DNA from: a virus
IMG/VR virus record: IMGVR_UViG_3300023179_000020
Length of the DNA: 64,000 bases
Direction: 5' to 3' (one strand)
The notes beneath the pieces were generated by a model that did not search any database, was not told where the DNA came from, and worked only from the letters and a program-made list of their open reading frames with translations. Both the position numbers and the translations under genes were made by a program. Positions 30,782 to 38,721 of the stretch are shown here, piece by piece; position 1 is the first letter of the stretch; each line of letters starts with the position of its first letter.

Positions 30782-31564
30782 ATGAATAAAGAATTTTTAA
30801 GAATGCAACAATTAGCTGGTATTATTACTGAAAGTGAGTATAAAACTAATACTTTATTTGAAGGAGAAGAAGCTGAAACTATTGATCAAGTCCCTAACAA
30901 TATATTAAACATCATATCTAAAGCTACTGCCCAACCAGTTGAAAAAATTAAACAATTAGCTAAACAAGAAACTTCCACCCCTGAGGATAAAGTTGATGAA
31001 TCAGCTGTTTTAACTGCTGTTACAATAGCTGGATTAATTCCTTTAGCTATGGATGCTATAGGAGGTGTATCAAATTGGGTTTCTCGTAACACTGGAAAAA
31101 ATGAAGCTGAAATAGCACAATTAAAAAAATTTAATGAAAAAATTAAAGAAAAAGAAGAATTAATAAAGAATTTAGATAAAAAAGATGCTAAAAGTGAAAT
31201 GAGAGAAAGAGAACTTTTAAATAAATTAAAAAAACAAAGAGATGATATGTGGGGTTCTGATTTTGGGCAATGGATGAAAAAAAAAGCTCATGGGTTACAT
31301 CATGCTTATACTTGGCCTATTAGAACCTTATTAAAATGGGTTGGATTTATAACAGGAAATAAAAAATTAAAAAATAAAGAATTTAGAGAAAAATTAGCTA
31401 ATATACTATATGCTATTACGATGACTGGAATAGCTGGGGTTGGTATTCTTTCCCATTTAGGACATCTTACAGGAGTAGCCCCAGTAGCTATGACTATAGC
31501 AGATGGAGTTAAAGGAGGAAAAAGTATAGGTGAAATAGTTAATTCTATTGGTTTAGCAATTTAA
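30782..31564 (+). CDS. RMQxLAG-tagged protein with hydrophobic helices
   Basis: MNKEFLRMQQLAGIITE leader; hydrophobic AVLTAVTIAGLIPLAM and ILYAITMTGIAGVGIL. Confidence 0.65.
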   Translation: MNKEFLRMQQLAGIITESEYKTNTLFEGEEAETIDQVPNNILNIISKATAQPVEKIKQLAKQETSTPEDKVDESAVLTAVTIAGLIPLAMDAIGGVSNWVSRNTGKNEAEIAQLKKFNEKIKEKEELIKNLDKKDAKSEMRERELLNKLKKQRDDMWGSDFGQWMKKKAHGLHHAYTWPIRTLLKWVGFITGNKKLKNKEFREKLANILYAITMTGIAGVGILSHLGHLTGVAPVAMTIADGVKGGKSIGEIVNSIGLAI

Positions 31565-31597
31565 TAAAAAACAACATATTTATAAACAAAATTAAAA

Positions 31598-32044
31598 ATG
31601 AATATACTTGAAATTAAAAAAATGCAAAAAATTGCCGGAGTAATAACTGAAGGTGAATATAGAATGTTTATTGAGGCAATTCATGATGAAACTTTAGATG
31701 AAGGGTGGAAAAACTGGTTGTTAGGTGGTTTAATTACATTATCAACTTTAGGAGGAATAGGTAAAGTATATCAAATGGATCAACAAGCAAAAGCTGATAA
31801 AGCTAAACAAGTTGAATATTACAATAATGTTCTTAGTAACGAAGTTACTAAAATGAATGATGATGATCTTTTTAAACTAGGATCAGACATTAGTGATAAA
31901 ACAGGTGAAATGAAAGGTAATTCCAATGCTGACTCAGATACATATAAAAAAATGATGATAAATTACGCTAAGGATTATATTAAGAATCATCCAAACAAAT
32001 TTGCAGTAGGAATAAATGGTGGAATTTATGCCTTATCTAAATAA
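31598..32044 (+). CDS. RMQxLAG-tagged protein with hydrophobic helix
   Basis: KKMQKIAGVITE leader; LDE followed by GWKNWLLGGLITLSTLGGIG. Confidence 0.65.
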   Translation: MNILEIKKMQKIAGVITEGEYRMFIEAIHDETLDEGWKNWLLGGLITLSTLGGIGKVYQMDQQAKADKAKQVEYYNNVLSNEVTKMNDDDLFKLGSDISDKTGEMKGNSNADSDTYKKMMINYAKDYIKNHPNKFAVGINGGIYALSK

Positions 32045-32078
32045 CACATATTTATAAACAAATAAAAACCAAAATAAA

Positions 32079-32729
32079 ATGCAAGTAGAAAAATTACGTA
32101 CTCTTATAAGAGAATCTATCAACGAATATATTAGAGAAATTGAACAAGCAGCTAATGAAGCAGCTGTAGATGCTAGTATCACTAAATGTGAAGAAGCAAT
32201 CCAATCACGTCAAGAAAGACTAAATAAGATTAATGAAAATGATGATCTTAAAGAAATGGTTGATGAAACTAAAGTAAAAAATATTCAAGCCGAAATTAAA
32301 ATTTTAGAGAAAGCTAAGAAAAAATACGCTGCTCAAAAAGCTAAAATGCAAGCTAAAAAGGATAAAAAAGCAAATCCTGAAAAAGAAGTAACTACTGATG
32401 CTCCTATTGATGAAGCTGATGTAACAGCTGAAATGAACATGCCTGACAATACACAAGAAGAAGCATTAAACGAATCTTTTATTCGTATGCAAAAACTTGC
32501 AGGTATTATTAATGAAAATAAAAGTAAAATAGAAACAATTTTGAGTAAAATAGGTGATATTGAAGAAAAAATATATGATCAATATGGTGACGATGAAATA
32601 GAAGCTAAATTTGATTATAGTAAAGCTATAGATGATATTAAATCAAAATATAAAAATGACGAAAGTGGAATGTATGATGCTTTAATATCTCATTTAAAAA
32701 AACTAAAATCAACATTCCCAATAAAATAA
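32079..32729 (+). CDS. Coiled-coil protein carrying both leader types
   Basis: N-terminal KLRTLIRESINE; internal LNESFIRMQKLAGIINE. Confidence 0.65.
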   Translation: MQVEKLRTLIRESINEYIREIEQAANEAAVDASITKCEEAIQSRQERLNKINENDDLKEMVDETKVKNIQAEIKILEKAKKKYAAQKAKMQAKKDKKANPEKEVTTDAPIDEADVTAEMNMPDNTQEEALNESFIRMQKLAGIINENKSKIETILSKIGDIEEKIYDQYGDDEIEAKFDYSKAIDDIKSKYKNDESGMYDALISHLKKLKSTFPIK

Positions 32730-32734
32730 AATAA

Positions 32735-32818
32735 GGTACTAGAAAAGAATTTGAAAATAAATTCAATCTAAATGGTGGGAGACTTAGTCAACTAATTAAT
32801 AATAAAATATTAAAATAA
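32735..32818 (+). pseudogene. Possible remnant of a homing-endonuclease C-terminal HTH domain
   Basis: Start-less frame GTRKEFENKFNLNGGRLSQLINNKILK* in intergenic DNA. Confidence 0.3.
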
Positions 32819-32825
32819 ACATATA

Positions 32826-32904
32826 GACCGATTCATAGCCGGTCGCTCTAAACAGAGACAAAAATATGGTAGCTGTGGCACTCCTAAAAAGGTGCCACTT
32901 TTTT
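32826..32904 (+). ncRNA. Candidate structured RNA: H-type pseudoknot overlapping an intrinsic terminator
   Basis: GACCG/CGGTC stem; loop CATAGC pairs with GCTGTG (32872-32877); terminator GTGGCAC/GTGCCAC + T-tract. Confidence 0.45.
32875..32904 (+). terminator. Intrinsic terminator
   Basis: GTGGCAC(32875-32881)/GTGCCAC(32892-32898) followed by TTTTTT. Confidence 0.75.
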
Positions 32905-32905
32905 G

Positions 32906-32936
32906 TTTGTTTTTTAAATAAAATTTATTATCTTTA
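32906..32936 (+). promoter_or_regulatory. Bacteroidota-type sigma70 promoter (-33/-7)
   Basis: TTTG(32906-32909)-N19-TATCTTTA(32929-32936), one mismatch to TAnnTTTG, 4 nt before the ATG at 32941. Confidence 0.55.
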
Positions 32937-32940
32937 GAAT

Positions 32941-34248
32941 ATGAAAAATAAAAAAATAGTAATTGTAGGAGCAGGTGTAGCAGGCATTAATGCCGCGACA
33001 AAATTAGTAGATAATGGCTACCCAGGTGAGTTAATCACTATTATTGATAAAGGAAATGATCCACACAATCGTTTACCTGAGGAAGTAATGACAGGTATGT
33101 TAGGTGCTGGTGGTTGGAGTGATGGTAAATTAACATATCACACTGCAATTGGAGGTGTATTATCAAAGTATTGTGGTGAAGAGAAAGCAATGGAATTGAT
33201 GGATCAAGTCATTAATAACTTTAGACGTTTCCATCCTAAACCAGAAGAAATATTTTGCTCTGACCCACAATCAGAACCTGAATTTATTAAACCATATTTT
33301 GGTTTACGTTTATTTCCTGTATGGCATATTGGTTCAAATTATCTTCACGAGATTGCTAAAGCATGGTATCAATATTTAGTGGATAAAGGTGTTAGATTTG
33401 AATGGGAAACAGAAGTAGAGGACATTGATTTTAATAATAATAAAGTTTATACTCATAATACTACATTACAATATGATTCTTTAATATTTGCTGTAGGTAA
33501 AAGTGGTATTGACTTTGCTCAATCATTATCAAACCAATACCAACTACCTACAGAACCAAAATCAGTACAAATTGGAGTCCGTTACGAGGCACCACAAAAA
33601 TACTTTCAAAAACTAATTGATATCAGTTATGATTTTAAACTATACCAAAAGTTTGATAATGTATCGTTAAGATCATTTTGTACTAATAATAACGCAGCTT
33701 ACGTCGCAGTAGAGGAAACATATGGTGACATTAGTTACAATGGTCATGCTAAAAAAGGTGAAGAATTTAAAAACGATATGACCAACTTTGGTATCCTAAT
33801 GGAAATTAAAGGTATTGAAAATCCATTTGAATGGAGTAGAGAAATAGTTAAGAAGTGTCAATTTGATTTACCCGTAGCTAAAAAATCTGGTTTATATTAT
33901 TCACCTAATTTAACTCGAAAACCAAGTTTAACATCAGAAAATAATACAGTCGATAGTTATCAAATCGTTGAGTTAAGCTGGTTTAAAGACGCATTTAGTG
34001 AATATGCCGATTATATTCTTAATTTTATCGACCAAATGAATGAAGTATTTGAATTTGGTGATGATTGGGGTATGTATATTCCTGAAGTAAAATATGTCTC
34101 TGCAGAGCCTCTTGTTAACTATGATGATTTAAGTCTTACAACATACAACAATATTCATTTTGCCGGAGACGCTTTATCAGCTAGAGGTATAACAGTAGCA
34201 GGCAGTCAAGGTATTTACATTGCTGAAGGTATTTTAAAAAAAATGTAA
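32941..34248 (+). CDS. FAD-dependent oxidoreductase (HI0933/YhiN-like)
   Basis: Rossmann IVIVGAGVAG, GAGGWSDGKL, RSFCTN, NGHA, C-terminal FAGD...RGI..AG..G. Confidence 0.8.
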   Translation: MKNKKIVIVGAGVAGINAATKLVDNGYPGELITIIDKGNDPHNRLPEEVMTGMLGAGGWSDGKLTYHTAIGGVLSKYCGEEKAMELMDQVINNFRRFHPKPEEIFCSDPQSEPEFIKPYFGLRLFPVWHIGSNYLHEIAKAWYQYLVDKGVRFEWETEVEDIDFNNNKVYTHNTTLQYDSLIFAVGKSGIDFAQSLSNQYQLPTEPKSVQIGVRYEAPQKYFQKLIDISYDFKLYQKFDNVSLRSFCTNNNAAYVAVEETYGDISYNGHAKKGEEFKNDMTNFGILMEIKGIENPFEWSREIVKKCQFDLPVAKKSGLYYSPNLTRKPSLTSENNTVDSYQIVELSWFKDAFSEYADYILNFIDQMNEVFEFGDDWGMYIPEVKYVSAEPLVNYDDLSLTTYNNIHFAGDALSARGITVAGSQGIYIAEGILKKM

Positions 34249-34277
34249 GTATTTAATTTCTGGTGATATTTATAATT

Positions 34278-34886
34278 ATGAAATATTATGTATATCATTG
34301 GATTAGAAAAGATACTAATAAACCTTTTTATGTAGGAAAAGGAACAGGTAATAGAGCAGGTCATAAAAAATCAAATAAAGGATGGAAAAATATTACTTCT
34401 AAAGTTGAATGCTTTTGGGAAATTATTAAGTATTTTGATGATGAACAAACCGCATATCTATATGAACATACTCTTATTGAAGAATATAAAAAATTAGGGT
34501 ACAAAATAATTAATCAAACTAAATATTCTAAAGGTGGAGGTACTTGGGCATATACTGATGAAGTAAAACAACGTCAAAGTGAAAATAGAAAAGGTAAAGG
34601 TTTAGGACCTCGAAGTAAAGAATGGAAGCAAAATATTAGTAAAGCAAACAAAGGTAGAAATATATTATGGGCTAATAAAATAGGGGATGCCCTTAGAGGA
34701 AAACCTAAAAATTATTTAAGTCACCATAAACCAATACTCCAATATGATCTTCAAGGTAATCTACTTAATGAATACCAGTCAGCACAAGAAGCAGGTAGAT
34801 GTCTAAATAAATCAGGTAATCAAATAGCAGATTGCGCCTCAGGTAGGCAAAAAACCGCTTATGGTTATATTTGGAAATATATATAA
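34278..34886 (+). CDS. Freestanding GIY-YIG homing endonuclease (NUMOD)
   Basis: YYVY...PFYVGKG...RA, E..LI, N; C-terminal ILQYDLQGN...KTAYGYIW. Start reassigned to ATG 34278. Confidence 0.8.
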   Translation: MKYYVYHWIRKDTNKPFYVGKGTGNRAGHKKSNKGWKNITSKVECFWEIIKYFDDEQTAYLYEHTLIEEYKKLGYKIINQTKYSKGGGTWAYTDEVKQRQSENRKGKGLGPRSKEWKQNISKANKGRNILWANKIGDALRGKPKNYLSHHKPILQYDLQGNLLNEYQSAQEAGRCLNKSGNQIADCASGRQKTAYGYIWKYI

Positions 34887-34894
34887 TAAAACAT

Positions 34895-35152
34895 ATGGAA
34901 GAAGAAAAAAAGTATCAACTAGACCCAACACTAGAAACTAAAAAGTACACATCAACAGACGGTACAATTCGTTACATGAAAGATGGAAAATTACACAACT
35001 GGGATGGTCCAGCCGTAATCCACCCAGATGGTAAAGAAGAGTATTTTATTAATGGTTTTCAACATGACAAAGATAGTCATCATAAAGCAAAACGTGATGG
35101 AATTGGGTTACCTTGGTTTAAGAGTAGTGTAGGTAAAGGATCACGATCTTAG
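34895..35152 (+). CDS. Hypothetical protein with LH..DGPA motif
   Basis: DGKLHNWDGPAVIHPDGKEEYFING; start reassigned to ATG 34895. Confidence 0.6.
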   Translation: MEEEKKYQLDPTLETKKYTSTDGTIRYMKDGKLHNWDGPAVIHPDGKEEYFINGFQHDKDSHHKAKRDGIGLPWFKSSVGKGSRS

Positions 35153-35203
35153 TTTTTTTTTGATATTTATAATAAAATATACTAATTTAAAAAATAAAAG
35201 ACA

Positions 35204-35683
35204 ATGAACAAAGAGTTCCTTAAAATGCAAAAAATGGCTGGTATTATTACTGAAGGTCAATACCAAGAAAAATTAAATAAGACTCAAACTCCTTCTCCCA
35301 ACGAATGTCAGCGTATTATAGAGTTATATATAGACAGTCATGATGCTGAATATGTCGCTGGTTTCTTTGATGACACCCACAAAAGAGAAGTAGCAGCATA
35401 TTTGAAATCACTTAAACCATACCCTAAAGTAAGAACAGTAGAAGAACTAGCATCTACTATTAAAGAAATAGATGACAAAATAAATGAAATTACAAACTAC
35501 CCAGAAGATCTTTTTGATGAAGAAGTAATACCTCGATTAGAACAAATAGCTTCTAATAATCCTAATCTAAAAAACGCGGTAGATAAAGTATTAGTTGTAT
35601 TAAATGAACTATATGGTAGAAATAATGATGAAGATGATGAAGATGATGAGTTTGGTTGGAAGACTGATTATGATGAATTCTAA
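35204..35683 (+). CDS. RMQxLAG-tagged acidic protein
   Basis: MNKEFLKMQKMAGIITE leader; TATTTATA at 35164. Confidence 0.65.
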   Translation: MNKEFLKMQKMAGIITEGQYQEKLNKTQTPSPNECQRIIELYIDSHDAEYVAGFFDDTHKREVAAYLKSLKPYPKVRTVEELASTIKEIDDKINEITNYPEDLFDEEVIPRLEQIASNNPNLKNAVDKVLVVLNELYGRNNDEDDEDDEFGWKTDYDEF

Positions 35684-35702
35684 AAAACAGTATTTTAAAT
35701 TA

Positions 35703-35736
35703 GGCTTGGGAAACCAGGCCTTTTTTATTATATTAC
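35703..35736 (+). promoter_or_regulatory. GAAA-tetraloop terminator overlapping a TTG-N20-TATATTAC promoter-like element
   Basis: GGCTTGG-GAAA-CCAGGCC-TTTTTT; TTG at 35706, TATATTAC at 35729. Confidence 0.55.
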
Positions 35737-35740
35737 TAAT

Positions 35741-36271
35741 ATGAAGATAGGACTATGTGGAACAATGAGTGTTGGCAAATCAACACTAGTACATGCTTTA
35801 AAAGAATTACCTGAATTTAAAGATTATTTCTTTGCTACTGAACGTAGTAAATACTTACGTGATTTAGGTATTCCATTAAACACTGATAGTACATTAAAAG
35901 GTCAAACAATATTCTTAGCTGAACGTTGTTCTGAACTAATGAGAGAAAATGTTATTACTGATAGAACAATTATCGATGTGATGGCTTTTACTCAATGTGC
36001 CAAGTCAATTTGTCAAGATGATAAAAATGCATTTGTTAAATATGCTGCTCCATTTATTTGGGACTATGATTATGTTTTTTATGTGTCTCCTATTGGTGTA
36101 AAAATTGAAGATAATGGTGTTAGAGAAACTAATGCTGATTATCGTGAATTAATTGATTTTACTATAAAAAGCACAATACATGAACATTTAAATCAAATTA
36201 AAAATCTAGCATTCATTTCAGGCACTACTGAAGAAAGAATTAAACAGATTAAAGGTTACTTAGGTTTCTAA
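35741..36271 (+). CDS. P-loop NMP-kinase-like protein (NadR/Ttd14 AAA_28-like)
   Basis: IGLCGTMSVGKST, ITDRT.ID, YD.VFY, EDNGVR. Confidence 0.75.
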   Translation: MKIGLCGTMSVGKSTLVHALKELPEFKDYFFATERSKYLRDLGIPLNTDSTLKGQTIFLAERCSELMRENVITDRTIIDVMAFTQCAKSICQDDKNAFVKYAAPFIWDYDYVFYVSPIGVKIEDNGVRETNADYRELIDFTIKSTIHEHLNQIKNLAFISGTTEERIKQIKGYLGF

Positions 36272-36298
36272 TATTTATGGCCAAAAACTATAAATACA

Positions 36299-37084
36299 AT
36301 GAAACTATCTGAATTAAGAAAACAAATAGAAGATACTATTACGGAGATATTAACTATTACTCCCGGATCTAACGCTATGGATGTAAAAAATGCGGCTAGA
36401 CAAAAAGGAGTACCACAAGCTGCGGTAACCTCAGCATTACAACAAGCTAATACCTCTGGACAATCAGTGACATTAACTGGAAAAGTAGCTGAATCAGACG
36501 AAGACGTAGAAGATACTTATGGTAAAGAAGATGAAGATGATAAAAAAGATGCTAAAATAGCTAACGCTAAGCCATCAAAATCAGATTTGAAAAAAAATGC
36601 TAGTATAGCTACTATAACAGATGCTATAGCTAAATTAGTTATAGATCGTAAAAATGTTAATGAAAAATATAAGAAAGCCGAAGGTAAAGAAAAAGCAAAG
36701 TTGTTAGATGAATTAAAAGACCTAACATCTAAAATACAATCATTAGATAAAATTCTTAAAGAAAAAGAGAAAACTCTTAAAGAAAATAATTTAAAAACCA
36801 AAACTATGAAAAAATCACAATTGCAACAAATCATTAAAGAAGAAATTCAAAAAATTTTAAAAGAAGCAAAAGAAATTAAAGTTGATATATACAGTGCTGA
36901 GACTATAACTTTAAATGGAAAACCCCTAGACTCAGACAAAATGAATAGCACTAAATATAGAAATATGCTTTTATCACAACCTGATAAAGCATTTATGTAT
37001 AAAGGAAAACCCGTCTCTCTTGACGCTATTGATCCAGCTGATGGTTCACAAGATGATCCAAAAATTTATTTAAGAGCTGATTAA
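36299..37084 (+). CDS. Hypothetical protein, apparent fusion of two leader-tagged modules
   Basis: MKLSELRKQIEDTITE leader; second leader MKKSQLQQIIKEEIQKILKE starting at ATG 36806. Confidence 0.6.
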   Translation: MKLSELRKQIEDTITEILTITPGSNAMDVKNAARQKGVPQAAVTSALQQANTSGQSVTLTGKVAESDEDVEDTYGKEDEDDKKDAKIANAKPSKSDLKKNASIATITDAIAKLVIDRKNVNEKYKKAEGKEKAKLLDELKDLTSKIQSLDKILKEKEKTLKENNLKTKTMKKSQLQQIIKEEIQKILKEAKEIKVDIYSAETITLNGKPLDSDKMNSTKYRNMLLSQPDKAFMYKGKPVSLDAIDPADGSQDDPKIYLRAD

Positions 37085-37122
37085 TTAAAAATTACTTAAC
37101 ATAACCCTATAAAGGGACAGTT

Positions 37123-38694
37123 ATGTCTCAAGACTTAAAACAAATAATACGAGATGAGTATGTAAAGTGTTCAAAAGATCCGGCGCACTTTATGAAAAAA
37201 TACTGCCACATCCAACACCCAACTCGTGGTAGAATTATATTCAATCTTTACCCATTCCAAGAAAAAGTATTACGTTTATGGAGAGACAATCCATATAACA
37301 TAGTACTCAAATCCAGACAATTAGGAATTTCAACCTTAACTGCTGGTTATTCATTATGGTTAATGTTGTTTCAAAAGGATAAAAATATCCTTTGCATTGC
37401 TACTAAACAAGAAACTGCTAAAAACATGGTTACAAAGGTAAAATTCATGTTTGAAAATTTACCTTCTTGGTTAAAAGTACCTGCAGATGAAAACAATAAA
37501 CTAACACTTCGACTTAATAATGGTTCTCAAATCAAAGCAGTTTCAGCAGCAGGTGATGCGGGTCGATCAGAAGCAGTATCACTCCTAATAATAGACGAGG
37601 CTGCCTTCATTGACGGAATTGGTGAAATATGGGCTTCTGCTCAACAAACCTTAGCAACTGGTGGTGGAGCCATTATATTATCAACTCCATTTGGTACTGG
37701 TAATTGGTTTCATCAAACATGGGTAAGAGCAGAAGCACAAGACAATGACTTTTTACCAATCAAATTGCCTTGGTATGTTCACCCTGAACGTGATGAAAGT
37801 TGGAGAAAAAAACAAGACGAATTATTAGGAGACCCAAGATTAGCAGCACAAGAATGTGACTGTGACTTTAATACTTCAGGTGATACTGTGTTCTACAATG
37901 AACAATTAGATTTTATTTTAGCAACGTCTATTAAGGATCCCTTGGAAAAACGTGGAATTGATCATAACTTATGGATATGGGAATTACCCGATTATACAAG
38001 AAACTATATGGTTGTTGCTGACGTTGCTCGTGGGGATGGAAAAGACTTTTCAACATTTCACGTAATAGACGTTGAAACAAATACACAAGTTGCTGAATAC
38101 AGAAGTCAACTTTCACCAAAAGAATTTGGTTATTTGTTAGTAAGCATTGCAACAGAGTATAATGATGCATTGTTAGTTGTTGAAAACGCTAACATAGGCT
38201 GGTCAACTCTTGATGCAATTATAGAAAGAGGATACAGAAATTTATACTATTCTCCAAAAACTGAAGCATTAAACGCTGAATCATACTTAGAAAGAACAGA
38301 TGACCCATCAAGAATGGTACCTGGTTTTACAATGTCTATGAGAACAAGACCATTAGTCATAAACAAATTCAGAGAATACATAGGAGACAAAAGTGTAAAC
38401 ATACAGTCTCGTCGTTTATTTGAAGAAATGAAAGTGTTTATTTGGAAAAATGGTAGACCTGAAGCACAATCTGGTTATAATGATGATTTGGTTATGAGTT
38501 TTGCAATTGGAATGTATGTTCGTGATACAGCTTTAAAATTTAAAACCCAAAACCTAGACTTAACCCGAGCTGCTTTAAAAAACATAGCAACAGTTAGACA
38601 AAACCCTCAAGGTAACTATACAACTAATGGTCAAGCAAATCCTTACCAAATGAATATTAATGGAAGGAATGAGGATATTAGTTGGTTACTATAA
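37123..38694 (+). CDS. terL: Terminase large subunit (T4 gp17-like)
   Basis: LYPFQ, KSRQLGIST (Walker A), LLIIDEAAF (Walker B), STPFG, VADVARGDG.DFS and NDDLVMS nuclease motifs. Confidence 0.95.
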   Translation: MSQDLKQIIRDEYVKCSKDPAHFMKKYCHIQHPTRGRIIFNLYPFQEKVLRLWRDNPYNIVLKSRQLGISTLTAGYSLWLMLFQKDKNILCIATKQETAKNMVTKVKFMFENLPSWLKVPADENNKLTLRLNNGSQIKAVSAAGDAGRSEAVSLLIIDEAAFIDGIGEIWASAQQTLATGGGAIILSTPFGTGNWFHQTWVRAEAQDNDFLPIKLPWYVHPERDESWRKKQDELLGDPRLAAQECDCDFNTSGDTVFYNEQLDFILATSIKDPLEKRGIDHNLWIWELPDYTRNYMVVADVARGDGKDFSTFHVIDVETNTQVAEYRSQLSPKEFGYLLVSIATEYNDALLVVENANIGWSTLDAIIERGYRNLYYSPKTEALNAESYLERTDDPSRMVPGFTMSMRTRPLVINKFREYIGDKSVNIQSRRLFEEMKVFIWKNGRPEAQSGYNDDLVMSFAIGMYVRDTALKFKTQNLDLTRAALKNIATVRQNPQGNYTTNGQANPYQMNINGRNEDISWLL

Positions 38695-38702
38695 TATTTA
38701 TG
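38695..38702 (+). promoter_or_regulatory. TATTTATG late-promoter-like motif before portal
   Basis: Directly after the TerL stop, 19 nt before the portal ATG. Confidence 0.55.
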
Positions 38703-38721
38703 GTAAATAATACAATTTATA

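Noticed and set aside
32826-32880. HDV-like/theta ribozyme or a named riboswitch class
   Set aside because: No P3/P1.1 nested elements as HDV-like folds require, and no exact match to aptamer consensus sequences I can recall; kept only as an unnamed candidate.
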